Of a DNA stretch of 64,000 bases, positions 39,425 through 48,400 are shown piece by piece. The position numbers were made by a program, and so were the translations under genes. Numbering within the stretch: position 1 is the first letter of the stretch; each line of letters begins with the position of its first letter. The stretch comes from Candidatus Aminicenantes bacterium (GTDB taxonomy: Bacteria; Acidobacteriota; Aminicenantia; Aminicenantales; JAFGBC01). The notes under the pieces are model-generated. The model was not told the origin of the DNA. It was given only the letters and a program-made list of their open reading frames with translations, and searched no databases. Location of the stretch: assembly GCA_963702005.1 (NCBI GenBank), contig OY969696.1, forward strand, positions 3,584,001-3,648,000, in the 5' to 3' direction.

Positions 39425-40449
39425 TCAGGCCTTCTGCATGTCGCACAGAAAGCCGGGGATGACGGCCAGGGAGCCGCCCGCCAGCGCGGCTTTGATCGGA
39501 CAGACCCAGCAGTGCCCGATCCGGGGGCATAAAAAGCAGGGCCCCCGGGGCGTTTCGGACCGGTCCATGGAAAACCGGGCGTAATGGGAGGCCGTCCGGC
39601 GCGCGGCCGCTTCGGTCCATCGCGACGGGAGCCGGACCGACCCGAATGAATAGCGCCGTAAAGCGGCCGTATCGCCGCGGTCCCGAATATAATCCGCGAA
39701 CAGGACGCAGCCCCAAACTCGTCCCTCGGGATCCACCGCCATCCGGTCTTTCCCGGCGCTGCAATAGCGAAGGCGGCGGGGCGCGGCCTCGCGAAAGTTC
39801 ATGACCGGGCTTCGGTCGATCGTACCGTATCGGTCGAGGACGCGGAACCTCAATCGCTTCAATTCGCGCCGCAGCCGGCCGATGTCCGCGGCCGCCCACG
39901 GCTCCAATACCGACAGGCTGTAGCGGACCCGAGGAACGCCCCGCTCCAGGAGCTCGATCAGGGTCTCGGCCAGGGACCCGACCCCGGAGGGCGTGAAAAC
40001 GCTGTTGGTTTCGAGCCGGATCCGGGGCCGGGATGCGATCCGGTCGATCAGGGCGAGAATGCCCTCCCGGCTGCCCGCCCGCCTCTGGATGTTCTGCCGG
40101 GTCCCGTCATAGCTTAAGGTGACCGCGAACCGCTCCGCCTCGAAAAAGCCGAGGACAGCCTCGTCAACCAGGCTGCCGTTGGTGGTGATCGAGAAGCGCG
40201 GACGCCGTCCCCTTCCCCGACAGGCCGCCCGAACGCGGGCGACCGTCTCGCGGATCAGGTCGAACTCGAGAAGCGGCTCTCCCCCGTAAAAGGCGAGGAC
40301 GAAATCCCGGTTCAGGCGCGGCAAAAAAAAACGACGGCCCGGCGGGCGACCGCATCCGTCATCCGGGTCGGCCGACGCGTCTTATAGCAGTAGCGGCAGC
40401 GGAAATTACAGTCGTCGGTGACGACGAGCGCCAGCAACCCTAAGCCCAT
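39425..40449 (-). pseudogene. Radical SAM/SPASM protein, frameshifted at a T9 run
   Basis: ATG 40449 gives MGLGLLALVVTDDCNFRCRYC. After T9 (40323-40331) the frame continues FYGGEPLL, ITTNG and SPASM cysteines (CSAG...GC...CFLC..C..CP). T10 restores the frame. Confidence 0.82.
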
Positions 40450-40453
40450 GCGG

Positions 40454-40657
40454 CTAACGGATGATCATCGTCCCGCCCGGACAGTTGCGTCCCTGCCTGG
40501 GCTGGGGCACGCCGCGGAACGTCCGCTCCAAATAAAGGAGCGCGCCCTTCGCCTTCGTCTTCGATGTCCCGGACGGGAGCTTCTCGGCCGCCGCCTTGAG
40601 GATGCGCAGGCACTTACGCACGTTAGGAGTGACCCTGATGACACGACTTTCTGCCAT
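40454..40657 (-). CDS. Small basic peptide (67 aa), candidate RiPP precursor
   Basis: AAGGAGA RBS; lies between the sensor gene and the rSAM gene (4 nt gap); C-terminal GRNCPGGTMIIR. Confidence 0.7.
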   Translation of the reverse strand: MAESRVIRVTPNVRKCLRILKAAAEKLPSGTSKTKAKGALLYLERTFRGVPQPRQGRNCPGGTMIIR

Positions 40658-40661
40658 TTCT

Positions 40662-42443
40662 CTATTCTCCTTTGCTGAAGATTAAATCGCGGGATTTCAT
40701 TTGCTCGAAATTCGGATTGATGTCCAGGTAGCGTTTATGAATGAAGCGCATCGCATCCGTCCGTTTGTCTTTGATAAACTTCCTGAGGATCTCTTCGGCT
40801 TTGGCCGTCTCGCCGATGCCGGCGAACATGGACGCGAACCAGACGGCGTTTTCATGAATGGGGTTACTGAGGGCCGAGTCCAGCCGCTCGATTTCCGCGA
40901 CGATCCGCCGGACGGCCGCGACATCATTCCGCCGAGCCGCGATCATTCCCATCAGAAGGAGGGCGTCGACCTCGTTGTCCTGGTTCGCGAAGCGGCGGAT
41001 GACGGCTTCGCTCCGGGCGAGCTCGCCTTGGTAGAAAAGGATTTCGGCGCGGCGAAATTCGACCAGAAGGGGGTCCGGGGTCCGCTGGATGATGTCGCAG
41101 ACCCTGAGAGCCTTGTCGAATTCCCTGCGGAGCATCAGCAACTCGGCATAATTGACGTTGAAGGGCGAACTCGGGTTGGACAGGAATCCCCTCTCCTTGT
41201 AAAGAAGAGCCCGGTCGAGATCCGCCTCGCGTCCCTCGCGGCCGAATTTGAGGAACCAGCAATAGCCCGCCATGGAATTCAGCGGGCCGTCGTTGGGAAA
41301 TTGGGCCAGTCCGCGCTGGGCAAGGGCGAAATAGGTTTTAACGCTATCGGTCCCTTGGATGAGGTCGCGGATGAGGAGGGCCTCGATCCGGAGCTTAAAA
41401 TATTCGGGCAGCTTGGGGTAGAGAGCTTCGGCCTGTCTGATCAATCCCTCCGCCTTATCCAGCCAGCGAAGGTCCATATCGATGCCGAGGTTGAGGAAGT
41501 TGACATAGCATTGGGCCAGACCGAGCAGAGCCGGCGCGAATCGCGGGTATTTGTTGACGACCCTGTTGAAAAGCCTCAGCGCCAGCTCATTGGACTCCTT
41601 GTTGTCGAGGCGGCTGTAGTAGGAAGCCTGGTGGTAGAGCGTCCAGGGATCCTGCCGCTCTCCGGAAATCCGGCTCAGGAGGAAATAGCCGGTCAGGTAG
41701 AGTTCGAGGGTGTCGGGCCCCGAGGGTTCGTCCGCGGCCGCGCTCCCGATTGAAGCGGAAATTTTCAAGGTCTCGAAAACCCGCCTGCAGACGTCGCTCA
41801 GGCAGGCGGTCAGCCCCTCGACCGGCTGGTCGTAGTCCTTTGTCCAAACGACTTTCTTGTTCTTCAGCCGCTGGAGGGAAACGGTCAGCCGCGAGCGGCC
41901 GTTCTCCCTCTTCAGAGCGCCTTCCAGCAGATAGTCCGGTAGATCGGTCGGCCCCAGGACGATCTGGGAGCGGGGATCTCCGGAGCTCTCCGACGGCAGA
42001 GGGGTGATCCGAATCAGCCCGGATGAGGAGAGCCTCCTCTGGATTTCCGCCCGAAATCCCTCCCCCAGAAAAAAATCCTGTTCGGAGGACCCGGGGTCGA
42101 CGGCGGCCAGGACCGCGATCGCCGGAGTGCGCGAAGTCGTCGAGAAAATCCGAGTTTTCATGAGAATAAGCACGGGCGTCAGGACGAGGAGGGCCGCGGC
42201 GGTCGGAAGCATGAATCGGCGGAATCCCGGCCTTTCCGCCTCCGTGAGAGACACGATCCGTTTCTTGGCGAGCCACTCGTCGAGCTCGGATCGATAGGCG
42301 AAAACCGGGGACCGGCGGGACTCAGCGTCGATCCTCCGGACGGGAAGTCCGCACTCCGCCTCCCACCTCGCGCACGTCTTCCGGTCGCACTTTAAATAAC
42401 GGGCGATTTCTTTCCAGGAACGCAGAATTCCGTCTTCCGGCAT
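40662..42443 (-). CDS. Membrane-anchored regulator: N-terminal HTH, TM helix, TolB-like and TPR domains
   Basis: LRSWKEIARYL...RWE...GLPVRR...VFAYRSELDEWL HTH, hydrophobic helix, PAIAVL...DYLLEG, helical repeats. Confidence 0.75.
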   Translation of the reverse strand: MPEDGILRSWKEIARYLKCDRKTCARWEAECGLPVRRIDAESRRSPVFAYRSELDEWLAKKRIVSLTEAERPGFRRFMLPTAAALLVLTPVLILMKTRIFSTTSRTPAIAVLAAVDPGSSEQDFFLGEGFRAEIQRRLSSSGLIRITPLPSESSGDPRSQIVLGPTDLPDYLLEGALKRENGRSRLTVSLQRLKNKKVVWTKDYDQPVEGLTACLSDVCRRVFETLKISASIGSAAADEPSGPDTLELYLTGYFLLSRISGERQDPWTLYHQASYYSRLDNKESNELALRLFNRVVNKYPRFAPALLGLAQCYVNFLNLGIDMDLRWLDKAEGLIRQAEALYPKLPEYFKLRIEALLIRDLIQGTDSVKTYFALAQRGLAQFPNDGPLNSMAGYCWFLKFGREGREADLDRALLYKERGFLSNPSSPFNVNYAELLMLRREFDKALRVCDIIQRTPDPLLVEFRRAEILFYQGELARSEAVIRRFANQDNEVDALLLMGMIAARRNDVAAVRRIVAEIERLDSALSNPIHENAVWFASMFAGIGETAKAEEILRKFIKDKRTDAMRFIHKRYLDINPNFEQMKSRDLIFSKGE

Positions 42444-42556
42444 GAGGCTCTACGTCGTTTAAGATAAACCTGAGTAAAATTATATCCCTCTGGGAAGTGA
42501 AGTCAATATGGGAAGGATATCCCGGCCCTTGGGGATTGGGCCGTGTTCCGAAATGG

Positions 42557-42623
42557 AAAAATCGGGAGCGGGAAGGGAACTGTCGGCGTCGGCCGCAGCT
42601 CCCCTCCCCTTCCCTGCTCTCCC
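42557..42623 (-). terminator. Long GC hairpin followed by U-tract
   Basis: GGGAGAGCAGGGAAGGG...CCCTTCCCGCTCCC-GATTTTT on the - strand. Confidence 0.5.
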
Positions 42624-42750
42624 CCAAAACTCCCCGTCCTCGGCGTCCTACGAGGGTGCCAACAACAGCGAGCCGTCTGCCGCGACGAGACTCGTCACGC
42701 TACAACTGAAAGATGAATCAGGACCCCTCGAGAATCAATACCTTGGCGGG

Positions 42751-42780
42751 CTTCTCCGCATTATTCCCCATTATTACCCA
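42751..42780. repeat. Three tandem imperfect 10-bp repeats
   Basis: CTTCTCCGCA TTATTCCCCA TTATTACCCA. Confidence 0.55.
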
Positions 42781-42799
42781 TCCTCTCATTCGTCGAAAA

Positions 42800-44875
42800 T
42801 CAGGCCTCCCGGCCCTCGACGACGGACAGGAACGACTCGATCCTGAGCCGGATCTGCTGACTGTCCGAAGGGGAATAATCGGTCTCGATCATAAGATAGG
42901 GAAGGCCGCGTTTGTCCTCCACGTGGCGACGGACGGCCCGTGCCTCAACGCTGTAAGTATGGCAAGCGCTCCAGACGAGGTCGATGACACCCTGGGGATG
43001 GAACCGCTCGATGAGCTCGTCAAGGAGCTCGAACCGGCCCGTGTTAGGCGTCATGCATGAGCAGGGCAGATGAAAATATTTCCGGGCGATCGCTTCGAGC
43101 GGATCGCCCTCGAGGCTGATATCCTCGACCAGCGGCTTGAGGCCCGTGCAATTTTCCTGAGCGACCACGACCGCTCCGGCTTCCTCGACGATGTCGATGA
43201 CTTTTTCGGCGCCGTGGGGCATCGGAACTCCCGTCATCAGGATGCGCGTCTTGCGGGAGGGAACGGCCTTGGCCCGGGCCTGCTCGATGACCGCCCGATA
43301 GGCCGCCAGGTCCTGGGGGATCCCGGAAATGAGGTTCTTGGCGTCCAGAATCTCGCGCCCGCTGAGCCCTCGTCCCCCGAATTCGGCGATCGTCCTGCGC
43401 AGGCGCCGCTCCTTGTTCATGAGCCGGATCGCCCGGCGGAGGCCCGTCCGGGTGATCCTAGCCCCCGTCAGTCTCTCGAGACGCTTCTTGAGGAGCCTGA
43501 CCTCGGACAGCCAGTGGGCGAAGGCTTCTTCCTGATCGGGCTTTTGGGTCAGCTCGAGCACGTGCATCGGCTTTGTCCGGCCCATAAGCTCATACATCTT
43601 CTTCTTGCCGTCGCAGGTCGTTTCGGCCACGATGAGGTCGGCCATCTCAAAAATCGGGTTGGCTTCCTCGAGCATGAAGCCGTAGGAGGACTTGATGAGG
43701 GGGCAGAGGTTGACCGGGAGTTCCCGCTCTCCGGCCAGGGCCATCTCGTGGCTTCCGCCGCAGGCGCAGACGGGAACGGCTCCCGCCGCCAAGATAAGCT
43801 CGCGGGGCGTGTATTCGCAGAAAATGCAGACGATCTTCTTCCCGGACGCCTTTGCCTTCCGGGCGTGATCGATGGCGATCGTGACCATGCGGTCGAACCT
43901 CTTGAGGGCCGGCACGGAGTGGAGATGAGCGGCCGCGCCCGAGGAGCCGGATTCGACCGGCCGCGTTGAGGACGCGGGAGCGGCTTCGGACGTTCCGCAT
44001 CGTGCCGGCTCGCCGTCCCGTCCGGCCGAGGGTCCGATCGGACCACTTTCCAACTTAGCCTTAGGGAGACGGCCCGATGCCAGGACCGTCCTCTTTCCGA
44101 TTTTCCGGGCCGCAAGCAGGGCCGCGCCCAGAGCGCCCGTCAGTCTGGGATCCTTAGGAACCCATAAGCGTTCCCTGAGCTCCCGGCCCAAAGCGATGAC
44201 CATGGCCCTGTTCAAGGCCACCCCTCCGGTGAAAACGACGGGCGCTTCGAATCTTCTCCGCTCGGTCAACCCGGCCACCCTCCTGGCGATGGCCCGGTGA
44301 ACGCCGGCGGCGATCTCCGGCCTCCCCACCCTTTTAGCTAGAAGGCCGATGACCTCGCTCTCGGCGAATACGACGCAGGTCGAGCTGATCTCGAGTTCGC
44401 GGCGGGCCCCGGCGGCGAGCTCGGCCATCCCGTCGATGTCCGTCCTCAGGATGCCGGCCACGACTTCGAGGAAGCGGCCCGTGCCCGCCGCGCAGCGGTC
44501 GTTCATGGCAAAATCCTTGACCGAGCCTTCGGCGGACAGATAGATGGACTTGCTGTCCTGGCCGCCGATATCGATTACGGTCCGCGCCCGCGGAAACAGG
44601 GCCAGCGCGCCCACGGCATGACAGGTGATCTCGGTCACGACATCGCCGCCGAGCTCGGCCGTGTAGCGCCCGTAGCCGGTCAGGATGGTGGCGGCGACAT
44701 GAGAGGGCCGCAGCCCGGCCTCGTTCAGAACGGCCTTGAAGATCCGTTCGGCGTCGGAGCGATGATCGCCGGTCGCGTCTGCGACATGCGCGGCTACCAC
44801 GACGCGGCGGCCGGTGTCGAAGAGGATCGCTTTGACGGCCCGGCTTCCCAGGTCGATACCGGCGGTGATTTTCAT
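42800..44875 (-). CDS. Fused ATP-dependent activase (HgdC/DCCP-R type) and double-cubane cluster / 2-hydroxyacyl-CoA dehydratase-family reductase
   Basis: N-terminal GIDLGS, TGYG, TEITCH, DIGGQDSK, CAAGTG and ISSTC motifs. C-terminal NLCPLIKSSYG, ETTCDGKKK, ENCTG, PCSCMTPN and CHTY motifs. Confidence 0.85.
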   Translation of the reverse strand: MKITAGIDLGSRAVKAILFDTGRRVVVAAHVADATGDHRSDAERIFKAVLNEAGLRPSHVAATILTGYGRYTAELGGDVVTEITCHAVGALALFPRARTVIDIGGQDSKSIYLSAEGSVKDFAMNDRCAAGTGRFLEVVAGILRTDIDGMAELAAGARRELEISSTCVVFAESEVIGLLAKRVGRPEIAAGVHRAIARRVAGLTERRRFEAPVVFTGGVALNRAMVIALGRELRERLWVPKDPRLTGALGAALLAARKIGKRTVLASGRLPKAKLESGPIGPSAGRDGEPARCGTSEAAPASSTRPVESGSSGAAAHLHSVPALKRFDRMVTIAIDHARKAKASGKKIVCIFCEYTPRELILAAGAVPVCACGGSHEMALAGERELPVNLCPLIKSSYGFMLEEANPIFEMADLIVAETTCDGKKKMYELMGRTKPMHVLELTQKPDQEEAFAHWLSEVRLLKKRLERLTGARITRTGLRRAIRLMNKERRLRRTIAEFGGRGLSGREILDAKNLISGIPQDLAAYRAVIEQARAKAVPSRKTRILMTGVPMPHGAEKVIDIVEEAGAVVVAQENCTGLKPLVEDISLEGDPLEAIARKYFHLPCSCMTPNTGRFELLDELIERFHPQGVIDLVWSACHTYSVEARAVRRHVEDKRGLPYLMIETDYSPSDSQQIRLRIESFLSVVEGREA

Positions 44876-44880
44876 CCAAC

Positions 44881-44922
44881 GCTCCTTTCAGTGGGAATCT
44901 GGCCGCTCCCCCTGAAAGGAGC
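44881..44922 (-). promoter_or_regulatory. SD-sequestering hairpin
   Basis: GCTCCTTTCAG pairs perfectly (11 bp) with CTGAAAGGAGC, which contains the SD of the downstream gene. Confidence 0.75.
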
Positions 44923-44935
44923 CGGGCGGGGCTTT

Positions 44936-45031
44936 TCAGACGAGAGCGGAATTCGGGCTCTGACCGGGAAGGGATCGAACCGATCCCCTAAATCCCGCTC
45001 AGGACGAGTTGAGGATGAGCCATGGTCTCAT
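44936..45031 (-). other. Leader ORF MRPWLILNSS-(UGA)-AGFRGSVRSLPGQSPNSALV with SECIS-like hairpin
   Basis: SD TGAAAGGAG 9 nt before ATG 45031. TGA at 45001-44999 is followed by a GGGATCG-GTT-CGATCCC stem at +12..+28. Confidence 0.6.
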
Positions 45032-45237
45032 CGTCCCGCTCTCCTTTCAAGAGATGCCCCGGAGTAGGCTCCGGATCAGATCCGTCGGTGAGAGAATAAA
45101 TACCATCGGGGGACTCTAAAGTCAAGGCGGCAACCTAGCTACAGCGGCGAAGGCTCACGACGGAATTGACTTCATACCTCCGTTTTAATATTCTCGTTGA
45201 GAACGAACATGGAAGGACGGCTCGCATGGAGGGAGTC

Positions 45238-46161
45238 ATGAAGAAATTCGAAAGAACGGCTGTCGTCGGACTCATTATCGTCATTGGACTGGCGTCGACC
45301 TTGGCGGCGGCCGATAAGGCCGCGATCCTCGATCAGAAGTTCGAGGCGGGCTTGAAGGCCGTCGCCGACGGCTTGGACGGAGTCATGGGCTATGCCATCA
45401 AGGATATCAAAACGGGGAAAGCCTATCTTCTCAACGAGAAGGAGGTCTTCCCCCAGGCGAGCTCCATCAAGATCGCGATCCTGCTCGAGGTCTTCAAGCG
45501 GGCCGAGGAGGGAACGCTTAAGCTCGACGAGAGGATCGACCTCACCCCGGACAAGAAGGTCGCCGGGAGCGGCGTCCTCTACTATCTCGGCTTCCCGTCG
45601 CTCAGCCTTTCCATCAAGGACATCTGCGTCCTGATGATCGTCCTCTCCGACAACACGGCCACGAACCTCCTGATCGACCGGGTCGGGATGGAATCCGTCA
45701 ACAAGCGGATGGACGCGCTCGGCCTTCCCGCCACCCGGCTACGGCGCCGGATGATGGACCTCAAGGCCGCCGCGGAAGGCCGCGAGAACGTCTCGACGCC
45801 CCGGGAGATGATGACTTTACTCGAGAAAATCTGGAGCGGCGCCGTTCTTAAAGAACCCCTGCGGACGGGGATGCTCGATATCCTGTCTATCGAGAAGGAG
45901 AGCCCCCTGCGCGCCGGCGTCGCGGCCGTCGCAGAGGACATCGCCGTAGCCGAGAAGCCGGGCGAGCTCGAAGCCGTCCGTTGCGACTCCGGGATCGTCT
46001 TCCTCAAAGACCGGCCTTACATCATCTCGGTCATGACGACCTATCTCAAGCGGGACGGCGACGGCAACCCGGCCATCGCGGCCGTCTCGCGCCTGGCCTT
46101 CGAGCATTTCCTGAGGCTCAAGCGCTCGAGCGACCTGGGCCGGGTCGTTTCGATGAAGTAA
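45238..46161 (+). CDS. Serine hydrolase, class A beta-lactamase-like
   Basis: ASSIK (SxxK), SDN and KPG motifs; signal peptide. Confidence 0.85.
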   Translation: MKKFERTAVVGLIIVIGLASTLAAADKAAILDQKFEAGLKAVADGLDGVMGYAIKDIKTGKAYLLNEKEVFPQASSIKIAILLEVFKRAEEGTLKLDERIDLTPDKKVAGSGVLYYLGFPSLSLSIKDICVLMIVLSDNTATNLLIDRVGMESVNKRMDALGLPATRLRRRMMDLKAAAEGRENVSTPREMMTLLEKIWSGAVLKEPLRTGMLDILSIEKESPLRAGVAAVAEDIAVAEKPGELEAVRCDSGIVFLKDRPYIISVMTTYLKRDGDGNPAIAAVSRLAFEHFLRLKRSSDLGRVVSMK

Positions 46162-46183
46162 GGGCTGGCGGCTCCGTCGCCGA

Positions 46184-47308
46184 TCAGAACGGCCCTTCGA
46201 CTCCCAGGCCGGGCCGGTCGTTGAGGAAGATGCGGCCCTTCTCGGTCCGGACGCCCTTGAAAGGATCGTTGCTGATAAGCACGTTCCCGTCGAGGTCCAG
46301 GTCGTCGAACAGGGGGGCGACGGCCGCCGCGGCCGATATCCCGATCGAGGTCTCGACCATGCAGCCCAGCATAATCTTGAGACCGAGGGCGCGGGCCATG
46401 GCCGCGATCCGGACCGCCTCCTGGATCCCGCCGCACTTCATGAGCTTGACGTTGATCCCGTGGAAGGCCCCGGCGATTCGGGGCAGGTCGGCCGTCATCA
46501 TCAGGCTCTCGTCGGCGAAGATCGGGATCGGACTCCGCTCCTTGATCCAGGCGATATCGTCGAGCTGGGCGGCCGGCATCGGCTGTTCCATGAGCTCGAC
46601 CCCGAGCCCGGACATCCAGCGGATCATCTCGAGCGCCTGCTCCTTGTTCTTCCAGCCCTCATTGGCGTCCACGCGGAGGGGTTTGTCGGTGACGGCCCGG
46701 ATCCCCTCGATGATCGCCCGGTCGTTGTCGGTCCCGACCTTGATCTTGTAGACCGAGAAATCGGCCGCTTCCTTGACCTTCGCCTGCATGACCGGGACCT
46801 CGTCGATCCCGATCGTGAAGGTCGTGACGAGGTCCTTGCCTTTGTCGAGCCCCAGAAAACGGTAGAGAGGCAGGCCGAGCTTCTTCCCGATCCAGTCGAG
46901 CATGGCCATGTCCAGGGCGGCCTTGGCGGCGTGCTCGCCCGGGGCGAGCGCGTCGATTTCATTCCAGAGGTCGTGGAACGTCCAGAGGTCTTTTTGAAGG
47001 ATGGGCTTGGCTTTCTCGATGAAGGCCAGCCCGCTCTCGGCGCTTTCGTTGTAGCGGGCGATCGGCGCCGATTCGCCCAGGCCGAAGACGCCGTCCTTTT
47101 CGAGCCGGACGAGGACGTTGCGGCGCGTGGTCCAGGTCCCCCGCGACAAGGTCCAAGCGTGTTTGAGTTGAACCTCATAGACCTTGGCGTCGATTCGGCA
47201 ACTCCCGACGACGCCCGCTGGAAAGGGAGCCGCGGCGCCCCGCCGGCCCGGCATCAGGGACCCGGCCATGGTCAGGCCGGCCAGCTCCAGGAATTCTTTT
47301 CGTTTCAT
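46184..47308 (-). CDS. L-Ala-D/L-Glu dipeptide epimerase with Tat-like signal
   Basis: KIKVG, DANEGW, EQP, ADES, KLMKCGG and DLDG motifs; N-terminal KRKEFL. Confidence 0.88.
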   Translation of the reverse strand: MKRKEFLELAGLTMAGSLMPGRRGAAAPFPAGVVGSCRIDAKVYEVQLKHAWTLSRGTWTTRRNVLVRLEKDGVFGLGESAPIARYNESAESGLAFIEKAKPILQKDLWTFHDLWNEIDALAPGEHAAKAALDMAMLDWIGKKLGLPLYRFLGLDKGKDLVTTFTIGIDEVPVMQAKVKEAADFSVYKIKVGTDNDRAIIEGIRAVTDKPLRVDANEGWKNKEQALEMIRWMSGLGVELMEQPMPAAQLDDIAWIKERSPIPIFADESLMMTADLPRIAGAFHGINVKLMKCGGIQEAVRIAAMARALGLKIMLGCMVETSIGISAAAAVAPLFDDLDLDGNVLISNDPFKGVRTEKGRIFLNDRPGLGVEGPF

Positions 47309-47494
47309 GATGACCTCCCCGAGAATCGTAATGACCGTCCGAGAAATAATGCCAGTTTATTATGTCGAAAATCCCGGCGTTTGTCATCCTGATGTTCGCA
47401 ATAGAAATCCCGGCAAAGAAAACGCCGGTTTTGAGGAGAGCCGGTGGGTGTCCGCGCGAAGGCATGATATAATAGCCGCCCGGAGGTAGCCATC

Positions 47495-48400
47495 ATGATA
47501 AAAAGTATTACCGGCATCATTCTCGTTTCATTCGTTGCGCTCGGATCGGGATTCGGCGAGACGCCCCAAGCCGGCGTCGTCGTCAAGGGGGTTGAAAACA
47601 TGTATTCCAAGCCCGACGACGCCTCGGACGTCGTCAGCCAGGCCCTGCTCGGTGTCACCGTCAAGATCCTCGCTTCCGAAAAGAGCATTAAGGCCGAGGA
47701 TTGGTACAAGGTTGAAACGCCCGACACCTACCAGGGCTGGATGGCCGGTTCCGGGCTTCGGATCTATAAAGAGGGAGAGCCCGCCTACGCCTCCCGGGGC
47801 AAGGTCTTCGAGGTCACGAGCCTGCTGGCCCTGGTCTACGAAACGCCCGACGTGACCGAAAAGAAACCCCTCGTCAAGGCCCCCATCTCGGCCTGTCTCG
47901 AAGCGGGCGCGCCCGAAGAGCGCTGGTGCGAAGTGACGCTCCCCTGCGGCGCCAAGGGGCACATCCAGGTCGGAGACGGCGTTCTGCGCGAAGCGGGCTT
48001 CAAGCGGCCGCGCCTTGCCCCGGAAGAGACGGCCGCCCTCGCCCAGCGCTTCCTGGGCCTCCCCTATCAATGGGGGGGCAATTCGCCGCTCGGGATCGAT
48101 TGCTCCGGTTTCGCCCAGCTCCTCTACCGCCTGAGCGGGGTCGAAATCCTCCGCGACGCCGACATCCAGCGCGACAAGAGCGGCCTGGTCGAAGTCGCCA
48201 AGGGCAAAGAGGAGACGACCGACCTCGTCTTCTTCGGCAGTGCGCCCGACAAGATCGGCCATGTCGGGATGATGATCAGCCGGACCCAGTTCATCCACGC
48301 CACGACCCACGACAAGCCCGTCGTCCAGATTTCGACTTTGGCCGATTCCTACTGGCAGTCGATCTACCAGGGCGCCCGGAGGCCAAAGAAGAATTCATGA
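47495..48400 (+). CDS. SH3-NlpC/P60 (YkfC-like) gamma-D-glutamyl peptidase
   Basis: PYQWGG, DCSG, RDADIQ, GHVG and FIHA motifs; two SH3b-like regions. Confidence 0.88.
   Translation: MIKSITGIILVSFVALGSGFGETPQAGVVVKGVENMYSKPDDASDVVSQALLGVTVKILASEKSIKAEDWYKVETPDTYQGWMAGSGLRIYKEGEPAYASRGKVFEVTSLLALVYETPDVTEKKPLVKAPISACLEAGAPEERWCEVTLPCGAKGHIQVGDGVLREAGFKRPRLAPEETAALAQRFLGLPYQWGGNSPLGIDCSGFAQLLYRLSGVEILRDADIQRDKSGLVEVAKGKEETTDLVFFGSAPDKIGHVGMMISRTQFIHATTHDKPVVQISTLADSYWQSIYQGARRPKKNS

Noticed and set aside
39390-39427. Possible Sec read-through at the rSAM terminal TGA
   Set aside because: No SECIS-like stem at the expected spacing and no recognisable continuation.
44940-45090. Glycine or SAM riboswitch upstream of the activase fusion
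   Set aside because: GGAGAG is present, but the other conserved cores (CCGAAG/CUCUCAGG; AUCxAGAG...GCAACC) were not found. The leader-ORF model fits better.
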